Origin: Tubiluchus corallicola
Taxonomy: Eukaryota > Animalia > Priapulida
DNA: 57,516 bases
Reading direction: 5' to 3'
Assembly (NCBI GenBank): GCA_030141605.1
Contig: JAQGDQ010002417.1
Location: 1-57,516, forward strand
Within the stretch, counting starts at the first letter, position 1; each line of letters starts with the position of its first letter. Below are positions 21,217 to 29,854 of this stretch, piece by piece. A program made the position numbers and the translations under genes. The notes below the pieces were generated by a model, which searched no databases, was not told where the DNA came from, and saw only the letters and a program-made list of their open reading frames with translations.

Positions 21217-21738
21217 CTATTTTAACCAAAGTTTTCTAAAGAAATATGCAAACAAATATGCTGATCCAAAAATTGCCAACATAGTTATAATACCACCAAA
21301 CGACATAACTGCCATTCCGCTTAATGCCGCTCCGCTAGTACATCCACGACCCAATTGCGAGCCAAAGCCAAATAAAGCTCCTCCCGTTATTGCTCCTATT
21401 ATTCTAATAGTGTTTGTTGAGCGAGCTCCTTTTTCAAGGTTTAAACCAACCCTATTTGCAATCAGACCTGAAACAAATGCCCCTATAACCATGCCTATCA
21501 CCTCAAAAAACAACCAATCTTTCAACGCTCCTTTTGGGTGCCTTATAGAAAACTCTTTATAACTCAAAGAATTTTCTACATGCGATGGATCTACTGTTTC
21601 AACTGCCTGTACAAGCATGCTTTTAAATGCTCCACTAGCTCCAAGCCCTCTGCCAGTAATGTAGATAGATAGTAGCAATACCAAGCCAAGCAAAAAGCCT
21701 GCTAAATATGGATTCATGTGTGATGTAGGACGTAACAT
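21217..21738 (-). CDS. YeeE/YedE sulfur transporter family protein (half-size)
   Basis: NPYLAGFLLG, GLGASG, GMVIGAF and LGRGCTSGAALSG. Confidence 0.88.
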   Translation of the reverse strand: MLRPTSHMNPYLAGFLLGLVLLLSIYITGRGLGASGAFKSMLVQAVETVDPSHVENSLSYKEFSIRHPKGALKDWLFFEVIGMVIGAFVSGLIANRVGLNLEKGARSTNTIRIIGAITGGALFGFGSQLGRGCTSGAALSGMAVMSFGGIITMLAIFGSAYLFAYFFRKLWLK

Positions 21739-21768
21739 ATGATTTACTGTTTTTTATAATATTTACAT

Positions 21769-24237
21769 CTATTTCTTTCTTGTTTTTTTATTTTCTTCTT
21801 TATTACTTTCCAAATCTTCATATCCCGTTATCATTGCCCTAATATTTGAAAACAGCGAATGCCCAGTAGTTGTCATATAGATATGCACAACCAAAAATGA
21901 TACAAGCAAAAATGCTCCCAATACATGCCAAAACGCCACAGTCCCCAATGAAACTTCTTTGATTACAACAATATCATTCTTATCTATATCCTTATAAAAC
22001 ATATACAAAACGCCTGATACTACAATGATGGGCATAATGATAAGTTTGAGCGTCAAATATACCAAACGTTGCAACGGATTAAGCTTGCTTTGTTTTGTTT
22101 TTTTCACAGGGTGTTTTTCGCCTTTAAATATACCAATAGCATAATAGCGAATTTGTTCTTTTAATCTTTTGGTAGGCACGTATTGTCTCCACTCTCCTGT
22201 AACTATATGCCAAAAAATAGCAAAAGCCATTAGAATTAAAAACAATTGAGCCGCTACACGGTGCCACATTACAACATTTTTAAATCCAAAAATTGAAAAC
22301 GTTCCATGCATCTCAAATCCCGTCAATGCTAAGAAAAGAATTAAAGCCGCTTGCATCCAGTGCCAAAACCGTTCAAAGCCTTTGTATATATATACGCTTT
22401 CTGTTTTGGCATCATCCACTTTTTTTGGTTTCAAAATAATGCGTGCTGTTGCGTGCAATACCACCATGACAATAGATGCAAAAAATAAAAACTTGCCAAA
22501 AAAGTCAAGCCATGCGTTATAATCTCTTCCTGGCAAATAGAAGCCCGTAAGGTTTGCCAACCTTCCGTTGTTTCTTGTGTGGCACTCTGAGCATCTTACT
22601 GTTTCACTTTTAGGTGCAACCATATGATTAATAGACCAATACATTTTTGTCTCTACAAAATCATACTCCCCACTATAGGGCAACCCCGCAGCATTCATAC
22701 CTGCCTTTGCTGCTTTTTGCCAATCAAAACCCACCCAATAAGCACTATCATCATCAATGCTTGCTACATATGGTTGAATAAGCATATTATGCTTTTTGTC
22801 ATATATTTGATTGCCCGTATGGATTTTCACAGGTATTATTTTAGCATTCTCGTCATCATAAGAACCAAACAATGGATTCAATTCTACTGGCGTCTCCTTT
22901 ATTGTGTCGCCAAGCAAATAGGTGTCAGACGTGCCATTAAACCAAACATAATCTGGAACTACATTCTTTTTCCATTGCGTGGTTCCCTTTGTTGAAAGAT
23001 ATTTTTCTACTTCTTCTTCTCCCTTTTCATTTTTCTCTCCATTAGTAATAGTACTCAATCCTCCCTCATCCACAACATCCGTATAGCCCAACATTGTAAG
23101 CATTTCAAGGGCTTGCTTTGAACGATTTCCTGTTCTACAATATACTCTAATCGGTTGGTTTTTATCTGGAACCACATCAGCTATTTTGTCAAAAATATCA
23201 TCAGAAACATTTTTCGCTCCCTCTATATGCTCTCCTTTTTTATACTCCTCTTCCCTCCGAACATCTATCCATATTTCATTAGAATCCCTCTTCACTTTTC
23301 TTACATAATACGATTTCCCATCCTTCAATTTGCCCGCATCTTTCCACTCCCAACGCATGTCAGTAGGAGTCACTTTGGCATAGGTAGGAATATGGCAAGC
23401 TTGGCAAGAGACCTTTGCAGTGTGATAATTAACCATATCGCTAAAATGAGGAGTGTTGGTATGGCACTGTTCGCAAGTAACCCTATTGTTATTATTAGTA
23501 GACACCGTATAGTGCCGTCCTGTAATGTTGTGTTTTTCTGTTACGTGACAATCCACACAAGCCATATCCATACCAGTTGTTGCCATGTGAACATCTACCG
23601 TTCTGTCTTCACAGTCAAATAGTGCCGCCTCTAAATCTCCATGTTTCACGTTATTTCCACCCCCGCCAAAAAAGTGACAATTGCCACAATTAACCCTTGT
23701 AGGACGCCCCACACTTTGAGCCACTGTAGTCAAATTTACATCCTTATTTGGATATCCCGACATTCCCTTGTGATACGTATCGCTATTGTCATGGCATACC
23801 ATACAGTCTACATTTGTCGGCTCATGAAAGTCAAAATCCTCTTCTCCCATACCAAATCCTATATGACATTTTGAGCACGCCTTTTCGTTGCTTGTTGCTC
23901 CTATACAGTAGTTATTCACAACATTTTTTTTGCCCGCCTCTACAATGCCTCGCCCCTTAATGTACGAAAATTTCCTCCAATTCCAGTGCCCCGTTGCCAT
24001 AACCTCTTCATGGCGCTTGTTGTGGCAACCAATACACCTTGCCGTTACTTGCTGAGGAGATTCAAATGACTTGCCTTTGAAAAATCTACGATGGTCAGTA
24101 GCGGTTTGATGCCTTACACTATACCGCTGTTTTAACTCTTCTGATTTCAAATTATATTTTTCGCCTTCATGAAAGTAATTTACTAAAAATAGGGCTATAA
24201 TAACAGAAGATATTATAAGGATAATATTTTTTGCCAT
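21769..24237 (-). CDS. Octaheme tetrathionate-reductase-family cytochrome c with an inserted rhodanese domain and fused C-terminal cytochrome b
   Basis: Eight CxxCH motifs (CIGCH, CSKCH, CMVCH, CGNCH, CVDCH, CEQCH, CQACH, CSECH) plus GKKNVVNNYC and GGGGNNVKHGDL. Rhodanese: IDVR...HIEGA...YCRTGNRS. Cytochrome b: ERFWHW, WH, NPLQRL and VHIYM. Confidence 0.88.
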   Translation of the reverse strand: MAKNIILIISSVIIALFLVNYFHEGEKYNLKSEELKQRYSVRHQTATDHRRFFKGKSFESPQQVTARCIGCHNKRHEEVMATGHWNWRKFSYIKGRGIVEAGKKNVVNNYCIGATSNEKACSKCHIGFGMGEEDFDFHEPTNVDCMVCHDNSDTYHKGMSGYPNKDVNLTTVAQSVGRPTRVNCGNCHFFGGGGNNVKHGDLEAALFDCEDRTVDVHMATTGMDMACVDCHVTEKHNITGRHYTVSTNNNNRVTCEQCHTNTPHFSDMVNYHTAKVSCQACHIPTYAKVTPTDMRWEWKDAGKLKDGKSYYVRKVKRDSNEIWIDVRREEEYKKGEHIEGAKNVSDDIFDKIADVVPDKNQPIRVYCRTGNRSKQALEMLTMLGYTDVVDEGGLSTITNGEKNEKGEEEVEKYLSTKGTTQWKKNVVPDYVWFNGTSDTYLLGDTIKETPVELNPLFGSYDDENAKIIPVKIHTGNQIYDKKHNMLIQPYVASIDDDSAYWVGFDWQKAAKAGMNAAGLPYSGEYDFVETKMYWSINHMVAPKSETVRCSECHTRNNGRLANLTGFYLPGRDYNAWLDFFGKFLFFASIVMVVLHATARIILKPKKVDDAKTESVYIYKGFERFWHWMQAALILFLALTGFEMHGTFSIFGFKNVVMWHRVAAQLFLILMAFAIFWHIVTGEWRQYVPTKRLKEQIRYYAIGIFKGEKHPVKKTKQSKLNPLQRLVYLTLKLIIMPIIVVSGVLYMFYKDIDKNDIVVIKEVSLGTVAFWHVLGAFLLVSFLVVHIYMTTTGHSLFSNIRAMITGYEDLESNKEENKKTRKK

Positions 24238-24314
24238 AATTCAAAAGTTATTTTTGTGCAATATAACAACTATTTATTTTAATTCACAAAATAAACAAAT
24301 GGTATTTTAAATAG

Positions 24315-24340
24315 AAAAGCAAATTATAATATTTGCTTTT
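24315..24340. promoter_or_regulatory. Inverted repeat in the divergent intergenic region (possible operator or terminator)
   Basis: AAAAGCAAAT-TATAAT-ATTTGCTTTT with perfect 10-bp arms. Confidence 0.4.
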
Positions 24341-24578
24341 TTTAACATTTTTAAAACATTCCAATACACTTTCTTGTTTCTAAAGTAGAAGGGGGACTGT
24401 TCTCTTTTGTTTTTGTGCATTTTTAAACGAAAAAGAGCTGCTTTAAAAAAGAATCTTTGTCAGCTATTTGCCTCTCATAACATAATTGGTATGTAATGCA
24501 ATTTACAAAGAATTGAAAAAATTCAAACTAAATGCAAACGTTCCATCCTATTGTAGATAATGAAAAAACAGAAAAAAT

Positions 24579-24791
24579 ATGAGGTCATTTGATAGAAACG
24601 TAAAAATTATGTGCATGACAATAAGTTTGCAAAAATTACTCATTTTGCTGTTTATTTTTTTAGCATTAGTTACGTTTGCAGAGTGTAATATGGCAGATGG
24701 ACAAGAGGCAATTCATGAAGAACTAAAAGAACTGGAAGAAAACGCCTCCTTTAATAATATGTGCTGGACAGGATGTCAAATGGTAAACTGA
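24579..24791 (+). CDS. Small secreted or lipid-anchored peptide with C-terminal CWTGC motif (hypothetical)
   Basis: Hydrophobic signal KLLILLFIFLALVTFAEC, acidic helix, then NNMCWTGCQMVN. Stop is 1 bp before the next ATG; the true start may be ATG 24615. Confidence 0.6.
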   Translation: MRSFDRNVKIMCMTISLQKLLILLFIFLALVTFAECNMADGQEAIHEELKELEENASFNNMCWTGCQMVN

Positions 24792-24792
24792 T

Positions 24793-26187
24793 ATGCTTAT
24801 GAAAAATATTGCAGAACTCTTTGTTTTAATTTTGTTGGCATTATTGACACAGTGCGGCAATATAACGGAAAGTCAAGAAATTCTCTCTCCCTATGCACAA
24901 GAAAAGTTAGAAGAGATTGAAGAGTTGGTAAAAGAAGGCAAGGATTTGAGAAAACAAAAAGAGTTTGATAGTGCATTTTCTGTGTTTGATAAGGCGTTGT
25001 GGGTGTTGAAAAGCAGCCACTTTGAAGATGAAGTAAAAAATAAGCACAAAGCAAAAATACTTAATTCTGCGGGTGTTGCCTACTATATGGCATTTGAGCA
25101 CGATGATGCATTGGTTAAATATTCCCAAGCGTTACAGCTTGCAGAAAAAGGCAATGACACTGAGCTCATAGATAACATATCTCATAATTTAGGCTTATTG
25201 TTCAAAGATTTGGGCTTCTACAAAGAGGCTATGGAATATTATAAGCAATCATTGGAATTGGCACAGGAAACCCAAGACCAAAAAAACATCCTTATAACAC
25301 AAATAAATATAGCTGCGTTACATGAGCTACAAGGCAATTTTAGGAGTGCAAAAAAAGAGTTTAAGGAAGCATTGACTAGTGCAATGTTGCAAGAGGACTA
25401 CTATAGGCAGGCTATTATTAATATCAATTTAGGCAGAATAGATATCAACTACAATATGCAAACGGAGTTTGTAGATGAAGAGGAGTTGGCAAGAGGCGAA
25501 GAGTATTTGAATAAGGCATTGCTACTCATTAAAGAGATGGAAGACAAATATTTGATGGCTGTAGTGCAAGGGGAGCTTGGTAGACTTTATTTTGCCAAAA
25601 AGCAGTATGAAGAGGCAGAAAAGCATTTGGAAATGTCGTTATCTCAAAGTAATATTTTGCGAATGGAAGAGAAATTGATCTATAATGAAGCGGCATCATG
25701 GACATATAAAGAAATGGGGAACAACGCATTGGCACAAAAACATAACAAACTTAAGAAAGTAATAAAGGAAAAAAACGCCGCCAAAGCAAGAAGCATGATG
25801 GCAGAACGGAAGATACGTCAGCTCAAAAACAGAGATGAGAAAAAGTCGTTTTGGTTTTTCTTTTCGGGGGCCGCTGCATTGTCGCTATGGGCTTATGCGT
25901 GGATAATGTTTCAAATAAAAGTGCGCCGTCTGATCAAAACCAACAAACGGCAACGACTTGCCATTTTAGAGTTTAGCGAAAACAATAAACATAGAGAGAT
26001 GTTACGAGGGTTTACAGAGCGTATAAAAACATTTAATACTGAAATGGTTAGGTCTATAAACAAATGCAAAAATACTGAAAGTGAGCTTATGGGCAATTTG
26101 ATGGAGTTGCAAAAACAAATGAAGAGGTTTGTGGAAGAAAAAGACAAAATATTTTCTGATGATAAATGGAAACAAAAAAAGAAATAA
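24793..26187 (+). CDS. Tetratricopeptide-repeat protein with signal/lipobox, one TM helix and a C-terminal coiled coil
   Basis: TPR helices (NLGLLFKDLGFYKEAMEYYKQSLEL, LGRLYFAKKQYEEAEKHLEMSL), TM segment FWFFFSGAAALSLWAYAWIMF and a helical tail. Confidence 0.8.
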   Translation: MLMKNIAELFVLILLALLTQCGNITESQEILSPYAQEKLEEIEELVKEGKDLRKQKEFDSAFSVFDKALWVLKSSHFEDEVKNKHKAKILNSAGVAYYMAFEHDDALVKYSQALQLAEKGNDTELIDNISHNLGLLFKDLGFYKEAMEYYKQSLELAQETQDQKNILITQINIAALHELQGNFRSAKKEFKEALTSAMLQEDYYRQAIININLGRIDINYNMQTEFVDEEELARGEEYLNKALLLIKEMEDKYLMAVVQGELGRLYFAKKQYEEAEKHLEMSLSQSNILRMEEKLIYNEAASWTYKEMGNNALAQKHNKLKKVIKEKNAAKARSMMAERKIRQLKNRDEKKSFWFFFSGAAALSLWAYAWIMFQIKVRRLIKTNKRQRLAILEFSENNKHREMLRGFTERIKTFNTEMVRSINKCKNTESELMGNLMELQKQMKRFVEEKDKIFSDDKWKQKKK

Positions 26188-26304
26188 TTTTAAATTCATT
26201 TTTGTGATTTTATAAAATAAGTTTGTATATTTGTTTAATATATGTTTATATTAAACATTGTTTATTATTTATTTAAAGTTTAAATTATTAAATGCCAAAA
26301 CACG

Positions 26305-27120
26305 ATGAGTTGTAATATATTAAAAGGGAAAAAAGGAATTATTTTTGGGGCATTAGATGAAAAATCTATCGCATGGCGAACCGCAGTAAAAGCCCATGAA
26401 GAAGGAGCTAAAATAGTTTTGACGAATAGCCCAATGGCTTTAAGGATGGGAAAAATTAACGAATTAGCCAATGCGTGCGAAACAAAAGCAATAGGTGCAG
26501 ATGCTACATCAATAGAAGATTTGGAGAATTTATACAAAGAAGCAACAGACTTTTTGGGAGGAAAAGTAGACTTTATTTTGCACTCCATAGGTATGAGTCC
26601 AAACGTAAGAAAAGCATTACCATATACAGGGTTGAGTTATGAAAATTTTCAAAAAACCCTTGACATCTCTGCTGTTTCTTTCCATAAAGTTATGCAAACC
26701 GCAGACAAGATGGATGTTATGAATGAGTGGGGTTCAATAGTGGCACTATCATACATTGCTGCACAAAGAGTGTTTCCAGACTATTCAGACATGGCAGAAG
26801 CAAAAGCGATGTTAGAGTCAATAGCTCGAAGTTATGGTTATTGGTTTGCAAAAAAGAAAAAGGTTCGTGTAAATACCATCTCGCAATCACCAACAAAAAC
26901 TACCGCAGGCGGTGGCATTAAAGGCTTTGGCGCTTTTTTTGATTATGCTGACAAAATGTCCCCCTTGGGTAATGCAGATGCGGATGAGTGTGCAAACTAT
27001 ATTGTTATGTTATTTTCAGATTACACTAGAAAGGTAGCGATGCAAAATCTATTGCACGATGGCGGCTTTTCATCAGTGGGCATAACAACAGATTTAATGA
27101 GTCTATTCTCAGAAAAGTAA
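26305..27120 (+). CDS. fabI: Enoyl-ACP reductase
   Basis: LKGKKGIIFGALDEKSIAW, LHSIGMS, YSDMAEAKAMLES and RVNTISQSP; -7 motif TATATTTG at 26226. Confidence 0.93.
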   Translation: MSCNILKGKKGIIFGALDEKSIAWRTAVKAHEEGAKIVLTNSPMALRMGKINELANACETKAIGADATSIEDLENLYKEATDFLGGKVDFILHSIGMSPNVRKALPYTGLSYENFQKTLDISAVSFHKVMQTADKMDVMNEWGSIVALSYIAAQRVFPDYSDMAEAKAMLESIARSYGYWFAKKKKVRVNTISQSPTKTTAGGGIKGFGAFFDYADKMSPLGNADADECANYIVMLFSDYTRKVAMQNLLHDGGFSSVGITTDLMSLFSEK

Positions 27121-27146
27121 AATAAGTAAGATTGTTTGATTTTCGA

Positions 27147-27184
27147 AAAGAAAGTCTTGGCTTAACAGTCAAGACTCTTTTTTT
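27147..27184. terminator. Bidirectional terminator between convergent fabI and speA
   Basis: AGTCTTGGCT-TAAC-AGTCAAGACT hairpin flanked by A-rich and T-rich tracts. Confidence 0.7.
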
Positions 27185-27193
27185 GTTCTCCTT

Positions 27194-28582
27194 TTAATAA
27201 CCTAATACATTCAGCATTGTATCGCTCCTTTGCTCACTTACAAAGAGCTTTGATCCCAAAATTCCATTTTCATTCTCCTGTATAATCACATGCTGTGGCG
27301 ATGGGATTAGGCAGTGTTGTAGCCCATAATATCCTCCCAAAGAATCTTGATAAGCTCCAGTGTTAAAAAAGCCTATATATAGCGTTTGGTTTTGGTGAAA
27401 ATCAGGCAAAAACACTTCTGATGAATGTGCCTCAGAGTTATAATAGTCATAGCTATCGCATGTAAGCCCTCCCAACTTTACATTATCAAACCTATTTTCC
27501 CAGTGGTTGATTGCCAGCATAATATACCTTTGGTTCAAGCTATAAGAGTCTGGCAAGTGTGTAATAAATGACCCGTCTATCATATACCATAACTCTTTGT
27601 CATTCTGCATTTTTTTATCTAATATAGAGTATATCAATGCTCCCGTCTCTCCTACTGTATAAGTCCCAAACTCTGTAACAATGTGAGGATATTGTGTGTT
27701 GTTCTTATCGCATATATCCTTAATATTCCTTACAATTTCTTCAATCATGTATGGATAATCAAAGTCAAAATGCAGAGAGTTTTTTATAGGCAGGCCTCCC
27801 CCTATGTCTATTGTATCCAACTCTGGGCAAATATTTTTCAACTCACAATATTTGTGTATAAATTTATTCAGCTCACTCCAATAATATGTAGAATCTTTGA
27901 TTCCTGTATTAATGAAAAAGTGTAGCATTTTTAGGTTGATATTTTTTTCATTTTGAATTTGTCCCTTATACAAATCCAAAACATCTCTGTAGCGTATTCC
28001 CAAACGCGAAGTATAAAATTCAAACTTGGGCTCTTCATCAGTAGCAACCCTTATTCCTATCTGGTAACTCCCTCCTATTTGCTGTTTGTAATAGTCAACC
28101 TCTGTGAGGTTATCTAATACTGGAATTACATTTTTAAACCCACTATTGACCAACTCTGTAATTCCTTTTTTATAGGCTTCTCTTTTAAACCCATTACAAA
28201 CAACCAAAAAGTCTTTGTTTATTTTTCCTGTTTTATATAGTTTCTTTACAATATCCAAGTCATAGCCAGAAGAGGTTTCTAAAAAAGCTCCGTGCTTTAT
28301 GACTTCCTCTACGACAAAGCTGAAATGTGATGCCTTAGTGCAATAGGAGTATATGTATTGCTTTCCATAATTAAGTTTTTCTATTGCCTGTCGAAACCAC
28401 CTGTTTGTGTTTTGTATATTTTGCTTTATTTTAGGCAAATAGCTTATCCTTAAAGGCGTTCCATACCTTTCTATAAGCTCTATTAAGGGGATTTTACGAA
28501 AACATAATGTGTTGTTTTTAATAGTAAAATCTATTGTAGGAAAATCAAATGTTTGCTCAATAAGTTCCTTATAACTTTTCAT
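27194..28582 (-). CDS. speA: Arginine decarboxylase (Bacteroidota type, PLP-dependent)
   Basis: YCTKASH PLP lysine, CNGFK, FEFYTSRLG, DIGGG, GGLTCDS and GAYQ. Confidence 0.88.
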   Translation of the reverse strand: MKSYKELIEQTFDFPTIDFTIKNNTLCFRKIPLIELIERYGTPLRISYLPKIKQNIQNTNRWFRQAIEKLNYGKQYIYSYCTKASHFSFVVEEVIKHGAFLETSSGYDLDIVKKLYKTGKINKDFLVVCNGFKREAYKKGITELVNSGFKNVIPVLDNLTEVDYYKQQIGGSYQIGIRVATDEEPKFEFYTSRLGIRYRDVLDLYKGQIQNEKNINLKMLHFFINTGIKDSTYYWSELNKFIHKYCELKNICPELDTIDIGGGLPIKNSLHFDFDYPYMIEEIVRNIKDICDKNNTQYPHIVTEFGTYTVGETGALIYSILDKKMQNDKELWYMIDGSFITHLPDSYSLNQRYIMLAINHWENRFDNVKLGGLTCDSYDYYNSEAHSSEVFLPDFHQNQTLYIGFFNTGAYQDSLGGYYGLQHCLIPSPQHVIIQENENGILGSKLFVSEQRSDTMLNVLGY

Positions 28583-28664
28583 TTTTTTCTACCACGTCAT
28601 TAATTTTTACTTTAATTTTTTGGCAACCAATAAGGCAACAAACACATTTAAAATTAGTGTGTAA

Positions 28665-29825
28665 TTAGTGATGTTTTGTGTATTGTTTGGTTAATTGCAA
28701 GGTGATTTTGTCTTCACTCATTATAACCAATCTTTCCACAACATTTCTTAACTCTCTAATATTCCCAGTCCATTCTAATGTCTGTAAATATTGCATTGCA
28801 TCGTCATGCATGTTTTTCTTTTTAGTCCCATACTCTTCTGCAACATCATTTAAAAACTTGTCTATTAACAAAGGTATGTCTTCTTTTCGTTCTCTTAAAG
28901 GAGGAACATTGGCAATAATGACCCCTATTCTGTGATATAAATCTTCTCTAAATTTATTATTTTTTATTTCTTCTTTAAGATTTTTATTTGTTGCGGCAAC
29001 TATTCTTACATTAACCTTTATATCTTTATCTCCACCAACACGGGTGATTTTGTGCTCTTGTAGAGCTCTCAACACCTTTGCTTGTGCTGACAAGCTCATA
29101 TCGCCTATTTCGTCAAGAAACAACGTGCCTTCATTTGCCTGTTCAAATTTCCCTATTCGTTGTTTAAATGCCGAAGTAAATGACCCTTTTTCGTGTCCAA
29201 ATAATTCACTCTCTATTAATTCAGAGGGTATGGCTGCGCAGTTCACTTCTACCAAGTTGCCATTGCATCTATTGCTTTTGTCATGCAACCACCTTGCCAC
29301 CAACTCCTTACCTGTCCCGCTCTCTCCAACTATCAATACACGCGCCTCCGTAGGGGCTACTTTTTCAATAGTATTTTTTATTCCAACTATAGCCTTAGAC
29401 TCCCCTACAATGTCATATTTTTTTGCTATTTTCTTTTTAAGTATTTTTGTTTCCTTTATTAAGGAGGTTTTATCTAGCGCGTTTTTTATTGTAATTAAAA
29501 GTTTATTTAAATCTGGAGGTTTAGAAATAAAGTTATATGCACCTTTTTTAACAGCATCTACCGCAGTTTCTATTGTGCCATGTGCCGAAATCATAATAAA
29601 CTGTACTTCTTTGCCCATTTTCATGGCTCTCTCCAATACTTCCACGCCATTATATTTAGGCATTTTTATGTCACATAAAGCTATATCATACTCATTTTCT
29701 TCTAACTTTTTAATAGCTTCTTGTCCGTCTTTTGCTTCATCTATTTCATAGTTTTCATACTCTAAAATTTCTCTTAAAGTATTCCTTATGGTCTCCTCAT
29801 CATCAATAATAAGTATTCTTGGCAT
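28665..29825 (-). CDS. Sigma-54-dependent response regulator (NtrC family; receiver + AAA+, no obvious HTH)
   Basis: IIDDE...CDIKMP receiver domain, GESGTGKE, ESELFGHEKGSFTSA and GNIRELRN. Confidence 0.92.
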   Translation of the reverse strand: MPRILIIDDEETIRNTLREILEYENYEIDEAKDGQEAIKKLEENEYDIALCDIKMPKYNGVEVLERAMKMGKEVQFIMISAHGTIETAVDAVKKGAYNFISKPPDLNKLLITIKNALDKTSLIKETKILKKKIAKKYDIVGESKAIVGIKNTIEKVAPTEARVLIVGESGTGKELVARWLHDKSNRCNGNLVEVNCAAIPSELIESELFGHEKGSFTSAFKQRIGKFEQANEGTLFLDEIGDMSLSAQAKVLRALQEHKITRVGGDKDIKVNVRIVAATNKNLKEEIKNNKFREDLYHRIGVIIANVPPLRERKEDIPLLIDKFLNDVAEEYGTKKKNMHDDAMQYLQTLEWTGNIRELRNVVERLVIMSEDKITLQLTKQYTKHH

Positions 29826-29854
29826 TTGATAATATTTTTATATGTAAACAAATA

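Noticed and set aside
24486-24500. Sigma-54 promoter upstream of the peptide gene (TTGGTATGTAATGCA)
   Set aside because: GG-to-GC spacing is 8 nt rather than the required 10.
24579-24791. Lanthipeptide or other RiPP precursor call for the CWTGC peptide
   Set aside because: It has a Sec-type hydrophobic signal and no modification enzyme or peptidase-ABC exporter nearby; kept only as a peptide/TPR hypothesis.
29044-29751. Long antisense ORFs (here and at 40948-41616, 10750-11292, 6064-6525, 17303-17770 and similar)
   Set aside because: They are shadows of well-supported genes on the opposite strand and have no recognisable motifs.
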